A DNA stretch of 64,000 nucleotides, from assembly GCF_009914755.1 (NCBI RefSeq), contig NC_060927.1; one strand, 5' to 3'. A program made the position numbers and the translations under genes. Position 1 is the stretch's first letter. Every line of letters begins with the position of its first letter. Positions 52,635 through 64,000 of this stretch are shown here, piece after piece. This stretch comes from the human T2T-CHM13v2.0 reference genome, Homo sapiens. The notes under the pieces are model-generated. The model had not been told where the DNA came from. It saw only the letters and a program-made list of their open reading frames with translations, and ran no database searches.

Positions 52635-53597
52635 GACTTTTATCCTGTATCAAAGAACTAAGGATCTAAAGACATGGCTCTGTATATCCAATCCAGATTC
52701 TTAGGCTGTAATTTAAAATTGTTTTTTCTTATGACATCGTAAGTGTAGATGACAACCACTGTCCAATGGGCTCTAATAAGAACCCTGTGTGCCCTAAGGG
52801 AACTGAGGTTGAGAGTTTCTTCTCCAACCTGAGTAATCTCAATTTTTTCCAATTTTCTTGATAGCTTCTTTTCTAACCTTTACAATTTTTTTCCACATGG
52901 AACTCTTTCCAAATGTCATATTCAAGTTTTCCTAAAATTGTGCAGACTACTTAAAAAGACAGGTGTATAATTCTAATGTTAGCTTTCTTCTAATTCACTA
53001 TGACCTTTTCTATGCAAATCAAAACCCCATCATATTCTTACTGTTTTTACCTCTTTTCTGCATGTTAAAAATAGTGATGTTTCTTTAAGCAGTGCTTTGG
53101 GAAAAGGCCAATCCTAGTTCATTTTATTTCTTTTTGTCAAAGCCAGTTTTCCTGATTTCTTCCAATAATCTTGGTTTCAGGCAATACTGCAAATAGGGCA
53201 ACAAAATTATTCAATATTCCCCCATATACTTTAAGTATCTGTAAACCCTCAAATTTACAGACTCATTTTACACTATTATGATTTCCTCCTATATTTTAGG
53301 CTTCTTTGCTTCCTATTTTGTCTTTTGCACAATAAATTGTCTCATGTGCTTTGAATCCTGTAGTATGTTGGATCCTAAGCATCCTTTTATGAATTTGACA
53401 TTACATACTTAAAATAGTTCACATTCTTTAAACTGTATTTATTATACCATTATAAATTAAAACTATCTAACTTGATTTATTGAAGGAAATAAATGTCATA
53501 TTTCTGGTCTAACTCTCCTTTTATACACTACAGATTTATAAAATCATCCCCCCATTTAAAGGAAAAATCCATTTTTAATGCATATAGCCTCACGATA

Positions 53598-53906
<309 letters not shown>

Positions 53907-53979
53907 GCCTCACATTATTTTCTAATTTGGCTAATGTATACACAATTTTATATCATGGTTTCTATACGGATTTCTACTA

Positions 53980-54823
<844 letters not shown>

Positions 54824-56249
54824 AGATTTAGATCATCATTCTTCATAAATATTACATAGCATCCTAGCATGTGAATATTCCACAGCATTTACTTGTGGCT
54901 GGTATAATTTTAGTTCCTTTGAAAGTAACCTTTCGTTTTATTTGTTTTTATCCTGGGGAAGCTTGCAGGATTCTATTTTCTGGAAGTTTAAAATCTTTAC
55001 CAAGACACATCAAAGAATTATCTCCTCATCAGTTTTTCCAGGAAAATGGCATGCTTGTTAAAGTACAATCTCTGATGCTATTTAATGTCTGAAGAATTTC
55101 TTCTATTTTTTCTTTTGGTTATTGCTTTCATTTTTTTTGCCTTGTGCTTTGGGAGCACGTATTATTCAAAGCAGAGACCTCTGTTATGTATCTTCCATGT
55201 CTGCTATCTTCATTTACATTTTATTTATCTTTTTGTTAAATTCTTCTGAATTCTTTAGATGTGTCTCTTTTTATCCTCTATGTTGTTGATTCTGTAATCT
55301 ATCCTACCACATCTTTTTATTGCTTCAAAAAGAAATTATTTTGGCTAAGGTTTTGATTTTAAATACGGTGTTCTTATTTAACAAAATATTTTCTTTTCTA
55401 GTTTAGAATAATGTGAGTTTTCTAAAATTTTTTGTTTTCTTTAATGTTTCAGCAGACTGACGTTTATGTTTCTTTTTTTTTAAGTCATAAAATATTTTCA
55501 TAGGTTTTAGAGTTGCAGTTGTTTTAGTTTTAAGAATTTTTGTGTGTCTTTCTTTTGGTCATAGAACAATATTTGCTGATATTAATTATTTCTGCCTGAG
55601 AGCCTTGAGGTGCTAGTACTAAAAAATGTATAGCGAAAACCCACCTGGACCTACAGCTAAAAGGCAGGCAGGATAAAGATGTTACTCCCAATTCCTCTTT
55701 CCCCCCATAGTATTCTGGGTAGTAAGAGGTATCCCACCAAAGTCTAGAGCTCAAAGCCTGTCCTGTGAATGAGTATAGAGAAACTCATCAGGGCTGGGGC
55801 CAAGCTTTATGAGAATACAGCAGAGCTTTCTATGCTTTTCTGTGAACAAAGGGGACAGCACCTAGAAAATAAAACAGAAAGAGGAGCAGGACACTGTAGT
55901 CCTGTCAGTTGATTGGACAGAGAACATCAGCGAACGAACTGCAATATGATCAGGCATATCCTTTGTGGCTACTGCTAAAGATTCGTTCATTTTCAGACGG
56001 CATTCTAAGGAAATTGTGGAGAAGGTTGCTGTTGTAATCACTCTACTTTCCAGAATTACCTGTCTTATGGATTTCAGAAGATCAGAAAGGGTTAGCCACC
56101 TAAATCTATTTACTTATTAATTTCCTATGGGAACAGTGCCTACAAAGTTGGCACTTTTTTTCCTCATTCACATCAGTAGGGAATCTTCAACTTTCACAAT
56201 TTAACTAATCTTTTTCTTTAACACCCTTTCTTAGAAAAAAAAAAATTTC

Positions 56250-56568
<319 letters not shown>

Positions 56569-56619
56569 TATTTTCCAAACCAAAGCAGGATTCTGAATAT
56601 CGTGATTACTAATAGCTTT

Positions 56620-57040
56620 TGTATTAGTAGTGTATTACTGCTGTAACAAATTACCACAAACTCAGAGGCTTAAAACACACATTTACTATCTTATAGTTTA
56701 AGATGTCAAAAGTCTAAAACAGGTCAGCAGAAGGTGTTCCTTCTGGATGCTGTAAGAAAGAATGTTTTCCTTGTCTTTTCCACTTCTAGAAGCTGCTTAC
56801 ATTACTTGGCTTGTGACCTCTCCTGCCATCTTCAAAGCCAGCACATAGTGTCTTCTCTCTTCTCTGACCTTCTGCTTCCCTCTTATAAGGACTCTTGTGA
56901 TAAAATGGGCTGAGCTAGATAGTCCAGGGTAATCTCCCTCTCAAGATCTTTAATGTAATCACACGTACAAAGGTTATTTTGAATGTAACATAATATATTC
57001 ACAGGTTCTGGGAATTAGGACGTGGACATCTTTGGGGGCC
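56620..57040 (-). mobile_element. MLT1-type MaLR LTR
   Basis: tgctgtaacaaattaccacaaact ... acaggttctgggaattaggacgtggacatctttggggg. Confidence 0.8.
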
Positions 57041-57169
57041 AGATACCGTTTATGAAATGTGGTCTGTTTAACAGGCACTATATCAGAAGCATGTCATGTT
57101 ATTTCATTATTCCTTAAAACAACCATGTGGTTGTTTACTGATGAGAAAACAGAGGCTTAGAGGAGTTCA

Positions 57170-59080
<1,911 letters not shown>

Positions 59081-59279
59081 AAAATTAAGTTGCACAAGGC
59101 ATATTATTTATATGTGGTAGAGTTGGGATTCAAAGCCAGGTCTTTGATTCTAAAGCTTGTGCTCTTTTTATGGCCTGTTCTTCAGCATATAGTCTAATAC
59201 CAAGATCTTCATCTCACTTTTCTTCAATTTTCCTCTTTTACTAAAAAAGACAGATCTTTGGGTATAATAATATATACCT

Positions 59280-61140
<1,861 letters not shown>

Positions 61141-61438
61141 TATATTACAATTTCTAAATTAGTTCTGAATATAATGCAGTCTATGTGAACACCAGTGTTG
61201 ATGAATAGTCACTTGAACTGAAATAAAATCCTAAATTTGATTCGCTCTTTGCATGCACTTTCATTTAAAAGGCTCTCACATTTGATCTTCACGATAACGT
61301 TTGAGAAGCTCAGAAAGGTAGTTCTCCATATTACAGATCAGAAAATCGAGAGGCCAAGAAGTTCAAGAATCCTTTTATGGTTACATAGGGAGTAGGTGGT
61401 CAAGCCAGAATTTTTCTAAATCCTAGTCCAATTCTTCA

Positions 61439-61588
<150 letters not shown>

Positions 61589-61904
61589 CTATCAAAGATT
61601 GAAGGCATAAAGGCCATTAGCATGAGATGGTATGTTCAGAGTTAAGGCAAGCGTTTCCCTGGATTTCCTGTATTCTCAAAAGCATGGTGTCACTGAATTC
61701 AGCAAGATTTCTACAGGGCAAATTAGTGCACATCCTTTTCTTTAATTAACAGCATAAACAGAGCTGTGCTGTCCCTAACTCTTCATGTTGAAACACATTT
61801 TTAGCTTCTTACACATTTATTCTCTGACTGTAATATGACCTGTCTCAGCCAACAAAAATAATTTTCTCTGGAAACAACTTTCTGGAGTCCTGCAAGAATC
61901 AGGA

Positions 61905-63605
61905 AACACAAGAAAGTGAAAAGACAACCCACAGAATGGGAGAGAATATACATATCTTACAAATTATATATCTGATATAGGATTTCTATCTAGAATATAT
62001 AAAGAACTTTACAAATCAATAATAAAAGACAAGCAACCTGTTAAAAATGGGCAAACGATCTGGATAGACATTCCTCCAAAGAAGAGATACAAATGGCCAG
62101 TAAGCACTTGAAAAGATGCTCAACATCATTAGCCATCAGAGGAATACAAATCAAAACCACAAGGTAACACTTTATACCCACTAAGATGGCTATTTAAAAA
62201 ACGACAGACAATAACAGGTGTTGGAGAGGATATGGAGAATACAGAATCCTCATACATTGCTAGTGGGAATATAAAACAGAGTAGACACTTTGGAAAACAA
62301 TCTGGCAGCTTCTTAAATGTTAAACATAGAGTTACTATATGACCCATCAAATCCATTCCTGGGTATATACCCAAGAGAAATGAAAACATATGCCCACAAA
62401 AATCCTGTATACAGATTTTCATGGCACCATGGTTCATAAAAGCCAAAAAAGTAGAAGCAACCCAAATGTCCATCAATGATTAGTGGATAAATGAAAGGTA
62501 GTACATCCATACAATGGAATATTATTCAGCAAAATCAATAAAGAACTGATTCATGCTACAACGTGGATGAACATTGAAAACATGCTAAACAAAAAAAGCC
62601 AGTCACAGGAGACCACATATCATATGATTCTGTTTATATGAAATATCCAGAATAGGCAAAACATGCTAAACAAAAAAAGCCAGTCACAGGAGACCACATA
62701 TCGTATGATTCTGTTTATATGAAATATCCAGAATAGGCAAAACATGATAAACAAAAAAAGCCAGTCACAGGAGACCACATATCATATGATTCTGTTTATA
62801 TGAAATATCCAGAATAGGCAAAACATGATAAACAAAAAAAGCCAGTCACAGGAGACCACATATCATATGATTCTGTTTATATGAAATATCCAGAATAGGC
62901 AAAACATGATAAACAAAAAAAGCCAGTCACAGGAGACCACATATCATATGATTCTGTTTATATGAAATATCCAGAATAGGCAAAACATGATAAACAAAAA
63001 AAGCCAGTCACAGGAGACCACATATCATATGATTCTGTTTATATGAAATATCCAGAATAGGCAAAACATGATAAACAAAAAAAGCCAGTCACAGGAGACC
63101 ACATATCATATGATTCTGTTTATATGAAATATCCAGAATAGGCAAAACATGATAAACAAAAAAAGCCAGTCACAGGAGACCACATATCATATGATTCTGT
63201 TTATATGAAATATCCAGAATAGGCAAAACATGATAAACAAAAAAAGCCAGTCACAGGAGACCACATATCGTATGATTCTGTTTATATGAAATATCCAGAA
63301 TAGGCAAAACATGATAAACAAAAAAAGCCAGTCACAGGAGACCACATATTGTATGATTCTGTTTATATGAAATATCCAGAATAGGCAAATCTATAGAGAC
63401 AGAAAGTAGATTAGTAGGTGCTTAGGATAGCAGAAGGTGATGGAGGATTACTGCTACAGGATACAAGGTTTCTTTTTGGGGTGATAAAATGTTCTAAAAT
63501 TTACTGTGATAATGGTTGCACAACTCTGAGAATATACTCATATACCATTGAATTGCACACTTTAAATGAATGAATTGTATGGTATTTAAATTACATCTCC
63601 AAAAG
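61905..63605 (+). mobile_element. L1MB-type 3' region
   Basis: gtgaaaagacaacccacagaatgggag ... aatctatagagacagaaagtagattagt ... cattgaattgcacactttaaatg. Confidence 0.9.
62577..63389. repeat. Minisatellite, 10 x 81 bp, inside the L1MB
   Basis: CATG recurs at 62581, 62662, 62743 ... 63310, an exact 81-bp period; only two variable sites. Confidence 0.99.
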
Positions 63606-64000
63606 GCTATTTTTTTTTTTTAAAGTCAGACAGTAATCTCAGTCCAGACAAGAAGGGGAGCTTGAGTCCTTTATTTTATTGCCTTTCTTGGCCCATTCCA
63701 TTTAAAAGTGGCTGAGGATCTGTTAGCCATTTACAGGTATAAGGGTGAGAGGAGGGTACTTAAATGCGGACTGCCATTTACCCAGATCGTGATTCTAGCA
63801 GTTCCAAAATACCTCACATATGTGAGGCCTGTCTTACATGAGGTTTTCCTAACAGTCAATCACCATTCTTTCCATCACTGCCCATCTCTACCTCTTTACT
63901 TATTGCTAGTAACTCAGATCTGCACTCAGGGTACAGGTTGTGGTACGAGGGACACAGAAAAGGAGCACTTAGGACATATATGTGTATTTATTTGTAAGCA

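Noticed and set aside
62577-63389. Regular array as a CRISPR or repeat-protein exon
   Set aside because: No spacers, the unit is L1 3' UTR sequence, and no long ORF covers it.

Overview
Human (primate) genomic DNA, very rich in repeats. It contains the 3' portion of EHHADH (peroxisomal L-bifunctional enzyme) on the minus strand. Four coding exons can be spliced by hand with GT/AG boundaries and a continuous frame: 61588-61477, 50270-50166, 36785-36444 and 25500-24239. The protein ends in the PTS1 signal -SKL and is followed by a ~1.6 kb 3' UTR with AATAAA at 22658-22663; exons 1-3 and the promoter lie beyond the right edge. Almost all other ORFs in the track come from Alu, L1, L2 or LTR sequence or from microsatellites. 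I found no new gene system. The most interesting signals are retrotransposition cargo hidden in EHHADH introns: two probable L1 3' transductions (27620-28340 and 34915-35426) and a retrocopied mRNA 3' end (37612-38250) that adds three sense AATAAA signals to intron 5. Also notable are two young VNTRs grown inside old elements (8x36 bp in an LTR16; 10x81 bp in an L1MB), an ERVL relic with an inverted second LTR, a trimeric Alu, inverted Alu pairs at exon 5 and at the poly(A) site, and a strong CTCF motif. Repeat subfamily names are recalled from consensus sequences, not searched, and repeat boundaries are approximate.
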